A stretch of DNA of 64,000 bases from an uncultured Acidimicrobiia bacterium (GCA_963786955.1 CAWBAT010000003.1:128001-192000), one strand, 5' to 3'; positions 9,919 to 20,929 are shown, numbered from the stretch's first letter. Numbers and translations are program-made. The notes: generated from the sequence alone by a model not told the origin.

Positions 9919-10902
9919 ATGAATAGAGATATTTATGTGTATGCCGAATACCAGAAAGGACAACTAGCGGAGGTTACCTTTGAGATGCTAGGCAAGGGTC
10001 GACAGCTGGCTGATCTTGCGGGAGGGCGGCTTTTTGCCATGTTAGCGGGGAAGGGTGTGTCAAGCCTGGCCATGCAAATGGCAGCGGCCGATGGGGTGGT
10101 CTATCTCGAAGATGAGCGGCTTGCCAATTTCACTCCCGAGGCTTATCAAATTGCTCTTGCCGAACTGATCAGAGAGAGACAGCCTTGGTTAATCCTTTTC
10201 GGCTCGACCTCGATAGGATTGGATCTGGCCGCCTATCTGTCGGCAGAGCTCGGGATACCTTTCATCGCCTACTGCAAAGATCTGTGCCTCGAGGACGGAG
10301 TTCCCCTTGCGACAAGCCGGCTATTCGGGGGCAAGATGTTTGTCGAAATAGCCATTGAGCACGAACAGGCTGTCCTCTCTGTTCTCCCAGGCGCTTTTCC
10401 TGTCGAGCCGGGATTGACCACCACTACTCCCCAAGTCGAACAATTGAAGCCGACTGCTCTCGACCAGGAGTTGCGAACGCATTTTGTACGCTTCATCGAA
10501 CCCGAAAAAACCGATGTGGACATTACGGCAGTTCCCATATTGGTTTCTCTTGGGCGCGGAATTGAAGCTAAAGAAAATGTTGCATTGGCTCAGGAATTGG
10601 CGGACGAACTCGGCGGGGCCTTAGCGGCATCTCGGCCGGTTGTTGACCAAGGATGGCTACCGATGAGCCGGCAAGTGGGAAGGTCGGGAGTGATTGTCAA
10701 ACCGAGACTGTATCTTGCCTTGGGGATCAGTGGGGCCCCGGAGCATACAGAAGGAATGCGCGGCGCTGAGTTAATCATCGCCATCAACAAAGATCCCCAA
10801 GCGCCCATTTTCGAGATCGCTCACTACGGGGTGCACGGCAATGTGCTGGACCTCGTTCCGGCTTTAACGGATGCGATAAAGTGCAGAAAACTTGCAGCGT
10901 AG
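9919..10902 (+). CDS. etfA: Electron transfer flavoprotein alpha subunit
   Basis: LVSLGRG, ASRPVVDQGW, QVGRSG, LYLALGISGAPEH, IAINKDPQAPIF. Confidence 0.95.
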   Translation: MNRDIYVYAEYQKGQLAEVTFEMLGKGRQLADLAGGRLFAMLAGKGVSSLAMQMAAADGVVYLEDERLANFTPEAYQIALAELIRERQPWLILFGSTSIGLDLAAYLSAELGIPFIAYCKDLCLEDGVPLATSRLFGGKMFVEIAIEHEQAVLSVLPGAFPVEPGLTTTTPQVEQLKPTALDQELRTHFVRFIEPEKTDVDITAVPILVSLGRGIEAKENVALAQELADELGGALAASRPVVDQGWLPMSRQVGRSGVIVKPRLYLALGISGAPEHTEGMRGAELIIAINKDPQAPIFEIAHYGVHGNVLDLVPALTDAIKCRKLAA

Positions 10903-10917
10903 CGAGGGGAGGGGACC

Positions 10918-12910
10918 ATGCATCCCTGCGTGCGCGAATACCTCTCAGTATCAGGAACAGTCTGGCTGTGGATCGCTTTTCTGACGTCGGCGGGGTTGTT
11001 CTCCTATCGGCTTGCTTTCTTTGTCCGCCTTCTGCAATTGGCGAGACAGGAAGATCGATCCAAACAGATTGTCACTCGACTCAAGATTTTTATTACAGAT
11101 GTATTTGTCCAGCCTAGACTCCGCGACGGCATGATCTGGCCGGCGCATCTTTTGATCTTCTGGGGGTTCTTACTTTTCGCGGCAGCCTTCGGATTCACCT
11201 TGTTCAAGGGGCTTTTCCCTTTTCTTCCCTATCCCTGGCCCGAAGATGTCGGCCCAGCCAATTTGATTCTTGAAGTAGGTGCGGTCTTCGTATTGATTGC
11301 GTTGGCGGTTGCCGCTTACCGGCGCTTTGTTGTGCGTCCGCCCGGAGTTAAGCAGACTCTGGATGCAGCCTTCATCCTCGTCTTGATAGGATTGCTGATG
11401 ATCACCTTTCTGTCAGCAGGAGCGTTCAAGAAACTTGGGGATGAAGACCAGGCTGCGATCTGGTCTCCGGTTTCGAGCACTTTGCTTTTTGGCTCAGCTA
11501 TTGGCAATGCCAGTAACTATGGCCTTCGCCCTCTCCGCTTGGATGTGGTGGGGACATGTTCTCCTCGTTTTGGGCTTTCTCGCTTACCTGCCATACTCAA
11601 AACACTTTCATCTGCTGGCTGCCCCCTTCAGCGTTTTCCTGACTGACCTGAACCCAAAGGGAAGGATGCTTCTTGAAGAGAGCCCGGATACAAATTTCGG
11701 AGAGCTTGGATTGAAGGATTTTACATGGCGAGAATTGATGTCTCCGCTGGCGTGTGCGGAATGCGGGCGGTGTGATCGAGTCTGCCCGGCATTCAACAGT
11801 GGCAGTCCCTTATCTCCACAAATTATCGTTCATCATCTGAAGGAACATCTATTGGAGGCCGGCCCCTTACTTTTGTCTAGACGCTCTAAATCGGAGTCTT
11901 TCCGTTCTCTTCTAGACGGAATTGTCTCCCCTGAAGAACTGCAGGCTTGTACTACTTGTTTGGCCTGCACGGAAAACTGTCCGGTTCGGAATGAACATCT
12001 TCCCTTGATCCTACGCATGCGCCGGCATTTAGTGGGGATGGGCAGGATTGAAGACAAAATTCAAGGTACCTTGGCGTATTTCAATCGTTACGGCAATTCT
12101 TTTGGAAAATCTGAGCGGATGCGGACTCAATGGACCCAGGGTCTGCCCTTCAAAATAAAAGATGCTCGAAAGGAGCCGGTGGAATACTTATGGTTTGTCG
12201 GGGATTATGCCTCCTACGATCCCCGGGCGCAAGGAGTCACGCGGACCGTGGCCCAGTTGTTTCACGCCGCCGGTCTGGATTTTGGCCTGCTGTATGAGGC
12301 GGAACGAAATTCTGGAAACGATCTCCGCCGGATTGGAGAAGAGGGGCTTTTTCAATTGATGGCGGAAAGGAACATTGCTTCTTTATCACGCTGCCAGTTC
12401 CACCGAATCGTCACTACAGACCCTCATACCTACAATACCCTTAAGAATGAATATTCTGACCTCGGAGCAAAGTATGAGGTCTGTCATTACACCGAATTGC
12501 TCTTCTCCGTGATTCGCGAAGGTCGCTTGGCCCTGAAGAGCAATGGGAAGTTGGCTGTGACTTATCATGATCCTTGCTACCTGGGCCGCTATAACGGAAT
12601 TTACGAAGAGCCTCGACAAGTTCTCAAGGCACTGGGTCATGAAATACTCGAAATGCCAAGAAACCGAAGTCAAGGGTATTGCTGCGGTGCCGGGGGAGGG
12701 CGGATCTGGGCGGAAGATAAAGGAAAGCTTACAGAACGGCCTGCGGAGAATCGTGTCCGAGAAGCAGCAACGCTCCAGGGAGTTCAAGTGATGGTTGTGA
12801 GTTGCCCTAAAGACCTCGTCATGTTTCAAGATGCAGCCAAAATTACGGGCAACGAAGGAAGGATTGCGATTAAAGATCTTGCTCAGCTGGTCTGGGAATA
12901 TGCGGCTTAA
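10918..12910 (+). CDS. Membrane-bound Fe-S/CCG oxidoreductase (HdrF/FadF/ETF:quinone oxidoreductase-like; frameshift near 11490)
   Basis: N-terminal TM helices with His (AHLLIFWGF, WWGH, SKHFH), two ferredoxin motifs (CAECGRCDRVCP, CTTCLACTENCP), C-terminal CCG domain (YHDPCYLGR, CCGAGGG, SCP). Confidence 0.88.
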
Positions 12911-13039
12911 CGCACGATCTGAGGAAGTGTGTCCACTGAAAGTATTTTGAAAAGATTCTGCCGTGCCGGGGAATGAGAAATTGACAATGCTCGTTGCCTG
13001 CAACACAGGGATAAGCATTGTGGAATCAAGGAGGAATCG

Positions 13040-14256
13040 GTGATGCCCACGACCACGCATGAAGTCATTGAATCATTATGGGGCGTGACTCTCGATAAAC
13101 TCCATGAGACCGAAGAAGGCAGACGCATTCTGTCCTGTATTCAATGCGGTGTGTGTGCCGGGACATGCCCTTACGGAGAATACATGGACTGGCCCCCGCG
13201 TCGGATTATCAAGATGCTGCAGTCAGGCCAATTGGAAGAAGTCTTCCGGTCGGACAGCCTTTTGAAGTGTGTGAACTGTTATGCCTGCATGGAGAAGTGC
13301 CCGCGGAATATCCGATCTAACGGAAATACTTCTCCCGCTGATTAAGGAACAAACAGTCTTGCGTCTTCCCCATGTACCTGCAGAGTTGCAGAAAGCGGTT
13401 GAAAATAGCTTACCGTTATGGCAATCCGATGGGAGAGTCTGGAAGAAAGCGGGCGGCGTGGGTGAAGACAACAAGTGTGCCAGTTCGCATTCTGGCTCAA
13501 GATCCTCGACCCACAGACGTCCTTTGGTTTCTGGAGTCTGATCTTTCCTATCACCCCGGGGACAAGATACGGCACGGGCAACCGCTAGAGTTTTCCACGA
13601 CTTGGGTGTCGATTTCGCCATCTTGGGGCCTGAAGAAAAAAGTGCCGGCGACTGTGGCCGTTTGTCATGGGAAAAAGGGCTGTCTGAAGTCCTCATCGAA
13701 TACAACATGGCCATTTTTGCCAAATATCAGTTTAACCAGATCGTAACCTCTGATCCGCATGCTTTGGACGCTTTCCGATATCGATATACGATGTTTGGAT
13801 TCGACTACAAAGTGACTCACATCGTCCCCTACGTCTTCTCCCACATTGAACAGCTTAAACCATTGCTGAAAAAGAAACTGAATCACAGGGTGACCTATCA
13901 CGACTCCTGCTGTCTGGGACGTCATAATAGCATCTATACCGAGCCAAGAGCTTTGCTGCAAGCCATACCAGGCATTCAGCTGTCTGAGATGGTGCACAAC
14001 CGCAACAACACTCTCTGTTGCGGCGGCGGTGGGCGGCGGGATGTGGCTCGATGCGTATTATAAGTCCAAAGGGATGGATCGACTTTCGGATAGGCGGATT
14101 CAAGAGGCAATCGACACCGGCGCCGATGTGCTGGCCGTGGCCTGTCCATACGAGGTTTCCCGATTCGAGGACTCCCTGAAGGTAACAGGCTATGAGGGGA
14201 AGATGATTGTGCGCGACATTATGGAGCTTTTGGCTGAATCGATGGGAGGTGAGTAA
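13040..14256 (+). CDS. Soluble HdrD-like (Fe-S + CCG) protein, about four frameshifts
   Basis: AAGGAGG RBS; CIQCGVCAGTCP, CVNCYACMEKCP; YGNPMGES; YHDSCCLGR, CCGGGG, VACPY pieced across five overlapping ORFs. Confidence 0.8.
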
Positions 14257-14257
14257 T

Positions 14258-16246
14258 ATGGAAGTTGCGTACGATCCCATCCGCATCGGCTTTTACATCT
14301 GCCATTGTGGGACGAACATAGCAGGAGTAATAGACGTCAAAACAGTAACTCAATTCGCTTCCGGCTTGCCTCACGTTGTTGTGTCTCGTGATTACAAATA
14401 CATGTGTTCTGATCCCGGGCAGGAAATGATCCAACAGGATATTATGGATCATCGACTCACGCGCGTTGTCGTTGCTTCCTGTTCCCCTTTGCTTCATGAA
14501 TCGACTTTTCGGAATGCTATCGCAAAAGGAGGGCTGAACCCTTTCTATTTGCAGATGGTCAATATCCGCGAGCATGATTCCTGGGTCCACGAAAACCGCC
14601 AGTCAGCAACAGAGAAGGCAATGGATTTGACTCGTGCCGCCGTGCTGAGAGTGGCGCTTCATCAACCCCTCGAACGCAAGCGAGTGCCCATCCGTTCTGA
14701 TGCGCTTGTTGTTGGAGGGGGAATTGCCGGAATTCATGCGGCTTTGACAATTGCGAATGCCGGCAAGCACGTCTATTTAGTGGAGCGGGAACCGACCATC
14801 GGCGGACACATGGCCCAGTTCGACAAAACATTCCCGACACTGGACTGTGCCGCCTGCATCCTCACGCCGAAGATGACTGCTGTGAAGGCACATCCGAATA
14901 TCACGCTCTGGACGTACTCGGAAGTGATTCATGTCAAAGGCTTCGTTGGGGATTACCAGGTCACCGTGCGACACAAGCCGCGCTATGTTTTGGAAGATCT
15001 CTGTGTAGGCTGTTTGGAGTGTATTGAAGCTTGCGTCTACAAGGATGCGCGGTTTCCGGATGAATTCAATCTGGGGCTGGGAAGACGTAAGCCGATCTAT
15101 ATCCCTTTTCCTCAAGCCGTGCCTCAAGTGGCGGTGATTGACAGGGAAGCATGTATTCAATTTAAATCGGGCAAATGCAAGCAGACCTGCGTCGAGGCTT
15201 GTGGAGACCGCCATGCGATTGATTTTAAACAGGAGGAATCGACAGAGGAAGTCCAGGTAGGCTCCGTCATCCTGGCAACCGGGTTTCAAGTTTTCGATGC
15301 TCACCGGGTTTCCTACTATGGCTACGGAACCTATCCCAACGTGTACACCGCACTTGAGGTCGAGCGATTGGTCAATGCATCCGGACCGACTGGCGGTGAA
15401 GTAGTCCTGCGCGATGGACGAAAACCAAAGTCGGTTGCGATCATTCACTGTGTGGGGTCTCGAGACGAGAATACGAATCGCTGGTGCTCGCGTGTGTGCT
15501 GCATGTACTCGCTAAAGCTGGCCCATCTTCTTAAGGAGCGGACTGGGGCGGAAATCTATAATTTCTACATTGATATCCGGGCTCCAGGGAAGAGCATGGA
15601 GGAGTTTTATAATCGTGTCGCCGAGGAAGGGGTGCATTTTATCCGAGGAAAAGTGGCAGATGTTTATCCGGCCATTCCAAAGGAGACGAACCGGCTCATT
15701 GTTCAGGGAGAAGATACACTCATTGGAAGGATAGTAAAGATTCCGGTGGACATGGTTATTCTATCAGTAGGACTTGAGCCCCAACCTGATACACCCAAGG
15801 TTCGCCGGATGTTCAATGTCTGTTGTGCATCAGAAGGATTTTTCATGGAGCGCCACCCGAAGCTCGCTCCGGTGAACACCTTCACGGACGGCATCTTTCT
15901 GGCGGGTGCCTGCCAGGGACCGAAGGATATCCCGGACACTGTTGCACAGGCCGGAGCAGCTGCCAGTGAAGCTCTAGCCCTGATTGACGCGGGATACATG
16001 GAGCTAGAGCCAAATGCTGCCATAATTGTGGAAGAGGATTGTTCAGGCTGCAAATCATGCATCCCACTTTGCCCCTATTCTGCAATTGATTTTGTTGAGG
16101 AAACCAAGAAAGCCAGAGTTCAAGAAGCTCTCTGCAAAGGATGCGGTGTCTGCGTAGCCGCCTGTCCGTCTGGATCCATTCGGCAGCCCATGTTTGAGGA
16201 TGAAGAGATTTACACTGAAATCAGAGGAGTGCTGGCTGGCGTCTAA
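14258..16246 (+). CDS. hdrA: Heterodisulfide reductase subunit A-like flavoprotein, copy 1
   Basis: IGFYICHCGTNI, GGGIAG, FDKTFPTLDCAACILTPKM, CSRVCCM, GACQGPKDIP, C-terminal ferredoxin; GGAGG RBS. Confidence 0.95.
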   Translation: MEVAYDPIRIGFYICHCGTNIAGVIDVKTVTQFASGLPHVVVSRDYKYMCSDPGQEMIQQDIMDHRLTRVVVASCSPLLHESTFRNAIAKGGLNPFYLQMVNIREHDSWVHENRQSATEKAMDLTRAAVLRVALHQPLERKRVPIRSDALVVGGGIAGIHAALTIANAGKHVYLVEREPTIGGHMAQFDKTFPTLDCAACILTPKMTAVKAHPNITLWTYSEVIHVKGFVGDYQVTVRHKPRYVLEDLCVGCLECIEACVYKDARFPDEFNLGLGRRKPIYIPFPQAVPQVAVIDREACIQFKSGKCKQTCVEACGDRHAIDFKQEESTEEVQVGSVILATGFQVFDAHRVSYYGYGTYPNVYTALEVERLVNASGPTGGEVVLRDGRKPKSVAIIHCVGSRDENTNRWCSRVCCMYSLKLAHLLKERTGAEIYNFYIDIRAPGKSMEEFYNRVAEEGVHFIRGKVADVYPAIPKETNRLIVQGEDTLIGRIVKIPVDMVILSVGLEPQPDTPKVRRMFNVCCASEGFFMERHPKLAPVNTFTDGIFLAGACQGPKDIPDTVAQAGAAASEALALIDAGYMELEPNAAIIVEEDCSGCKSCIPLCPYSAIDFVEETKKARVQEALCKGCGVCVAACPSGSIRQPMFEDEEIYTEIRGVLAGV

Positions 16247-16567
16247 GGGTTATCATTCGTTTTTACCAGTTCTGGCCGAATGCTTCACGGTGGCTTTCAA
16301 TTTCATTGCCATCGCCGATGTTGAATATTTCTATATCCCCCCCCCAAGGGCGGGGGCTGTGTGCAAGATTCGAGGATAGAACTGTCCCTCTTTGTTTTTC
16401 TTGCTTTTTCTTTACTCGAACGAATTTCCCCCAAATAAGGGTGAACTCACCCGCCTCTACCTTCATTTCTAATTTCAAACCGTTTCAAAATTATCACCTT
16501 TCTACAGCTTCTTTTGTTTCTATCACCGTTTTGCTCTACTCCTGACCAACATCCGCAATATTTCGAA

Positions 16568-16583
16568 TGGCGCGGAAATTGCA
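16568..16583 (+). promoter_or_regulatory. Sigma-54 (RpoN) -24/-12 promoter
   Basis: TGGCGCGGAAATTGCA: GG-N10-GC, near-perfect consensus, in the AT-rich spacer upstream of hdrC. Confidence 0.8.
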
Positions 16584-16725
16584 GATTATGAGAAGAAGTC
16601 ATTAGAAAAAGTGGAGGATATCGCAATTTCAATTGGGGCAGGGCAAAGTTGAAGAAGAGTTGGACAATGATGAATTCTTCAGCATAACAAGCAGAGCAGG
16701 TTGACCGAGTGAGGAGTCAAACTCT

Positions 16726-17295
16726 ATGGAAAGAACGATCAAGTACCAACGCGATGTTGATCCGGAGTGGACGCATCAAGTCAACGAACGACCCGGATGT
16801 GAGAGTCTCTTGGCATGCATGCAATGCGGAACCTGTTCTGGCGCCTGTCCGCTTTCAATTTACATGGATCTTTCTCCGCGTCGGATCATGGCATTGGTTC
16901 GCGAAGGATTTCGGGCTGAAGCTTTGAAATCCCAAACCATCTGGCTGTGTGCTTCCTGTTATGCCTGCGGTGTACACTGTCCACAAAAGATCAAAATTAC
17001 GGATGTGATGTACAGCTTGAAGAGAGAGGCGATCTCTTCGGGTCTTTACCCCCGGCATTTCCCCATTCCTGTGTTGTCGAGCGAGTTTTACAAAATGGTG
17101 AAACAACGCGGGCGCAATGCCGAGTTTTGGCTTGTCCTCCAGATGGCCTTGCGTTCCCATCCTTTGATGTTACTCGGCATGGTGAATTCAGGCTGGCATC
17201 TATGGCGAACAGGCCGGCTTTTCATGCGTCGGGATCGGATCAATCGTATTACTGAACTACAGCGGGCCCTCGGTTTTACCAAGGAGGACAATTGA
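16726..17295 (+). CDS. hdrC: Heterodisulfide reductase subunit C
   Basis: CMQCGTCSGACP and WLCASCYACGVHCP; GAGGAG RBS. Confidence 0.92.
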   Translation: MERTIKYQRDVDPEWTHQVNERPGCESLLACMQCGTCSGACPLSIYMDLSPRRIMALVREGFRAEALKSQTIWLCASCYACGVHCPQKIKITDVMYSLKREAISSGLYPRHFPIPVLSSEFYKMVKQRGRNAEFWLVLQMALRSHPLMLLGMVNSGWHLWRTGRLFMRRDRINRITELQRALGFTKEDN

Positions 17296-18207
17296 ATGGA
17301 ATCCCCGAATCAAGGTTACCTGTACTATCCTGGCTGCACCTTGAAGGCAAGCGCAATTGCTTATGAGGAAAGCCTGCTTACCCTTTATCGTCTCTTGGGT
17401 GTGCCGATCAAGGAACTTGAGGACTGGAATTGTTGTGGTGCCACCTCGTATATGTCTATTGAGGAGAGTTCAGCCTTCATTTTAGCGGCGAGAAATCTCT
17501 CTCTGGCGCACCAGGAAGGCTACCGAGAATTGATGACGCCATGTTCCGCCTGCTACCTGATTCTGAAGAAAGCCCAGGATTATGTGCAACGTTATCCGGC
17601 CATTGGCCGTCAGGTGGGGGAGGCGCTCCATCGGGCGGGTTTGCCGCCGATGGACTCGGTTCAAGTCCGTCATCCCCTGGAAATACTTTACAACGACATT
17701 GGAGTGGAGCGGATACGCTCAAAGGTTGCGCGCCACTGGCAAGGGGGGAGGGTCGCATGCTATTACGGATGTCAGATTGTTCGACCTTATTCCGAGGTGG
17801 ATACTCCCTACAACCCCACACGAATGGATGAACTCCTTCAGGCAGTCGGGATTCCCACTGTAGATTTCCCCTTGAAAACTAAGTGCTGTGGGGGGTCTCT
17901 GACGGGGACGATTCACTCCGTCGGAGTACGTCTCAATTACATTCTTCTCAAGGAAGCTGTCCGAAAGGGTGCTCAGGCTATTGTTACAGTATGCGGGCTC
18001 TGCCAATTCAACCTGGATGCCTATCAGTCGGAAATTCGCGGCGAGGCGCACGAACAGTACAATATACCTGTTTTTTACCTGCCCCAGGTCCTCGGTTGGC
18101 AATTAGGGGGCGACTATCGCTCTCTCGGACTTCATAGGGCAATCTCCGGCAGGCATCTCATCAAGCAGTGGTTCTCTGCAGAGAAAGAGGTAGAGGCATA
18201 TGTTTGA
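17296..18207 (+). CDS. hdrB: Heterodisulfide reductase subunit B
   Basis: Two complete CCG domains: YYPGC..WNCCG..PCSAC and YYGC..KCCG..VCGLC. Confidence 0.93.
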   Translation: MESPNQGYLYYPGCTLKASAIAYEESLLTLYRLLGVPIKELEDWNCCGATSYMSIEESSAFILAARNLSLAHQEGYRELMTPCSACYLILKKAQDYVQRYPAIGRQVGEALHRAGLPPMDSVQVRHPLEILYNDIGVERIRSKVARHWQGGRVACYYGCQIVRPYSEVDTPYNPTRMDELLQAVGIPTVDFPLKTKCCGGSLTGTIHSVGVRLNYILLKEAVRKGAQAIVTVCGLCQFNLDAYQSEIRGEAHEQYNIPVFYLPQVLGWQLGGDYRSLGLHRAISGRHLIKQWFSAEKEVEAYV

Positions 18208-20194
18208 AAATAATGGTCGGGCTCGGATTGGATTCTACATCTGTCATTGCGGCAGCAATATTGCAGGAATCGTCGATGTCAAATCTGTTGCGGAATATGT
18301 CGCCACACTGCCTGGCGTCGTCATTTCCAGAGACTATAAGTACATGTGTTCCGATCCCGGACAGGAACTCATCATACAGGATATCGAAGACAATGATCTG
18401 AACCGGATTGTGGTTGCTTCCTGTTCACCTCTTCTGCATGAGCACACTTTCCGAAAGGCAACGGCACGAGCCGGTTTGAATCCCTATTTTCTTCAGATGG
18501 TCAACATTCGCGAGCACGACTCTTGGGTCCATAGTGATAAGGCGAAAGCGACTACCAAAGCCAAAGATTTGGCTCGGGCGGCGGTCCGGCGGGTCGCCTC
18601 GCACAAACCCCTGGAGCAAAAAAGGGTACCCATCCATCCCAAAGTCCTGGTCCTCGGCGGCGGAATAGCTGGAATTCATGCCGCGTTGACATTGGCGGAT
18701 GCGGGAAAACATGTCTATCTCGTCGAGCGAGAGCCCAGCATTGGTGGGCACATGGCTCAGTTTGACAAGACTTTCCCAACTCTGGACTGTGCGGCTTGCA
18801 TCTTGACACCAAAGATGAGTGCGGTACGCGCTCATCCTAATATCACTTTATGGACCTACTCGGAAGTATCCCGGGTGGAAGGTTATGTCGGAAATTTCAA
18901 GGTGACCGTGACCCGCAACCCTCGCTACGTAAAAGAAGAGTTATGTGTCGGATGCCTGGAATGTGTTGAGGCCTGTGTCTATAAGGAAGCTCGATTTGTA
19001 GACGAGTTCAATGTCGGACTAGGGAAACGGAAACCGATCTATATTCCTTTCCCTCAGGCCACCCCGCAGATGGTGCTCATCGACCGTGAAGCTTGCATTC
19101 AATTCAAATCAGGAAAATGCAAGAAAACATGTGTGGAAGCGTGCGCGGATCGCAAAGCGATCGACTTTGGGCAACAGGAAAGGATCGAAGAGATCGAGGT
19201 GGGTGCCATTATTGTCGCCACGGGATTTCAAACCTTTGATGCACGCCGGATACCGTATTACGGTTATGGGACGAATCCTAGCGTTTACACGGCGCTGGAA
19301 ATTGAACGGCTGGTAAATGCCTCTGGCCCTACAGGTGGTGAAGTCATTCTTCGAGACGGAAGCCATCCCAAGGCCGTCGGAATCATCCATTGTGTGGGAT
19401 CGAGAGATGAAAACACCAATCGATGGTGCTCACGTGTCTGCTGCATGTACTCGTTGAAACTGGCGCACCTGATCAAAGAGCATACCGATGCAGAAGTATT
19501 CAACTTCTACATTGATATCCGTACGCCGGGGAAAGGATTTGAAGAGTTCTACCAAAAGCTGCGCAATGAAGGGGTGCATTTCATCCGGGGGCGTGTGGCG
19601 GAAGTTACGGATTGGGCGCTAGACCCATCTGAAGAGGGCAAAGCCGTCATCCGTGTAGAAGATACCTTGACGGGATTTGTTCGCAGAATTCCCGTCGATA
19701 TGGTGGTGTTAGCGGTAGGGCTAGAACCCCAAGCCGACTCCCAGGAAGTACGTCGTTTGTTCAACATCAGCTGTTCTACAGAAGGGTTCTTCCTGGAACG
19801 CCATCCTAAGCTTGCGCCAGTCAATACTTTTACCGATGGCATTTTCATAGCAGGTGCCTGTCAGGGGCCGAAAGATATTCCAGATACTGTAGCCCAAGCT
19901 GGAGCCGCTGCCGGGGAGGCCCTAGCCTTGATTGATCGGGGTTTCATGGAACTGGAACCCAATACAGCCTACATCGTCGAAGAAGACTGCTCCGGCTGTA
20001 AGTCGTGTATACCCCTCTGCTCCTATAACGCGATTACTTTTGTAGAGGAAAAGAACAAGGCTGCCATTCAAGAGGCTCTGTGCAAAGGATGCGGCACCTG
20101 TGTTGCGGCGTGCCCGTCGGGCTCCATTCGACAACATCTTTTCGAAGACGAGGAGATCTATGGGGAGATTGAAGGGATACTAACTCCGGTGTAG
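18200..20194 (+). CDS. hdrA: Heterodisulfide reductase subunit A-like flavoprotein, copy 2
   Basis: Same motifs as copy 1 with long identical peptide stretches; overlaps hdrB stop. Confidence 0.95.
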   Translation: MFENNGRARIGFYICHCGSNIAGIVDVKSVAEYVATLPGVVISRDYKYMCSDPGQELIIQDIEDNDLNRIVVASCSPLLHEHTFRKATARAGLNPYFLQMVNIREHDSWVHSDKAKATTKAKDLARAAVRRVASHKPLEQKRVPIHPKVLVLGGGIAGIHAALTLADAGKHVYLVEREPSIGGHMAQFDKTFPTLDCAACILTPKMSAVRAHPNITLWTYSEVSRVEGYVGNFKVTVTRNPRYVKEELCVGCLECVEACVYKEARFVDEFNVGLGKRKPIYIPFPQATPQMVLIDREACIQFKSGKCKKTCVEACADRKAIDFGQQERIEEIEVGAIIVATGFQTFDARRIPYYGYGTNPSVYTALEIERLVNASGPTGGEVILRDGSHPKAVGIIHCVGSRDENTNRWCSRVCCMYSLKLAHLIKEHTDAEVFNFYIDIRTPGKGFEEFYQKLRNEGVHFIRGRVAEVTDWALDPSEEGKAVIRVEDTLTGFVRRIPVDMVVLAVGLEPQADSQEVRRLFNISCSTEGFFLERHPKLAPVNTFTDGIFIAGACQGPKDIPDTVAQAGAAAGEALALIDRGFMELEPNTAYIVEEDCSGCKSCIPLCSYNAITFVEEKNKAAIQEALCKGCGTCVAACPSGSIRQHLFEDEEIYGEIEGILTPV

Positions 20195-20333
20195 CGGAAT
20201 ATCAGAGCCAAGCTCGCCGAGCTCGAGCATGCATGAATTCAAAGTGGTGTCCGGATCGATGAGTCTTACAAAACCAGCAAGGAGATTAGCCATAGATCGT
20301 CATTAGAGACGAGTTGAAAGAGTCGAGGCCTCA

Positions 20334-20819
20334 ATGAACACATACGCATTGATCCAAGAATTTCTGGACCAAAAAAAATCGCGATGGTCGGGGTTTCCCG
20401 GGACCCGAAGCATTTCAGCCGCAAGCTGTTTAGGACACTGAGTGAGCGCGGTCATGCCATGCTGCCGGTGAATCCGAGTGCCCTAGAAATCGACGGGATT
20501 CATTGTTATCCGAGTATCGAAGCGATCCCCTTCCCAGTGAAGTGTGCCTTGTTGATGACCCCTCGGAAGGTAACCGATCATGTCGTGGAAGAGTGTGCCT
20601 CGGCCGGAAGCGACTTGGTTTGGATCTATGGGATCTCAGGGCCAAAACAGGTCAGTGCCCACACACTCAGGATTTGTGAACAGCATGGATCTAGGGGTTA
20701 TTCCGGGGTATTGCCCGTATATGTTCCTTGGTAATGGTGCGTTTTTCCATCGTCTCCATGGATTCGTCTTGAAGGCGACAGGGAAATATCCGAAATTAGG
20801 AATGCCGATGAGGACATAG
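20334..20819 (+). CDS. CoA-binding protein (YccU-like), two frameshifts
   Basis: MNTYALIQEFLDQK, shift in an A run to IAMVGVSRDPKHFS...PVNP...CYPSI, second shift to VIPGYCPYMFL. Confidence 0.78.
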
Positions 20820-20929
20820 CCCAAAATTGCTCTATGACCCGTCAGAAATGGATGAAGAGCGGAAAGGAAACACATAAGCTCATAAAGTGAGCCCGCGTTA
20901 CAAGGTGGCAATAGGAGGCCCAGATATGG

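Noticed and set aside
20219-20240. Polylinker-like run of overlapping restriction sites (gagctcgagcatgcatgaattc)
   Set aside because: Only 22 bp with no flanking vector sequence, inside a coherent operon; probably chance.
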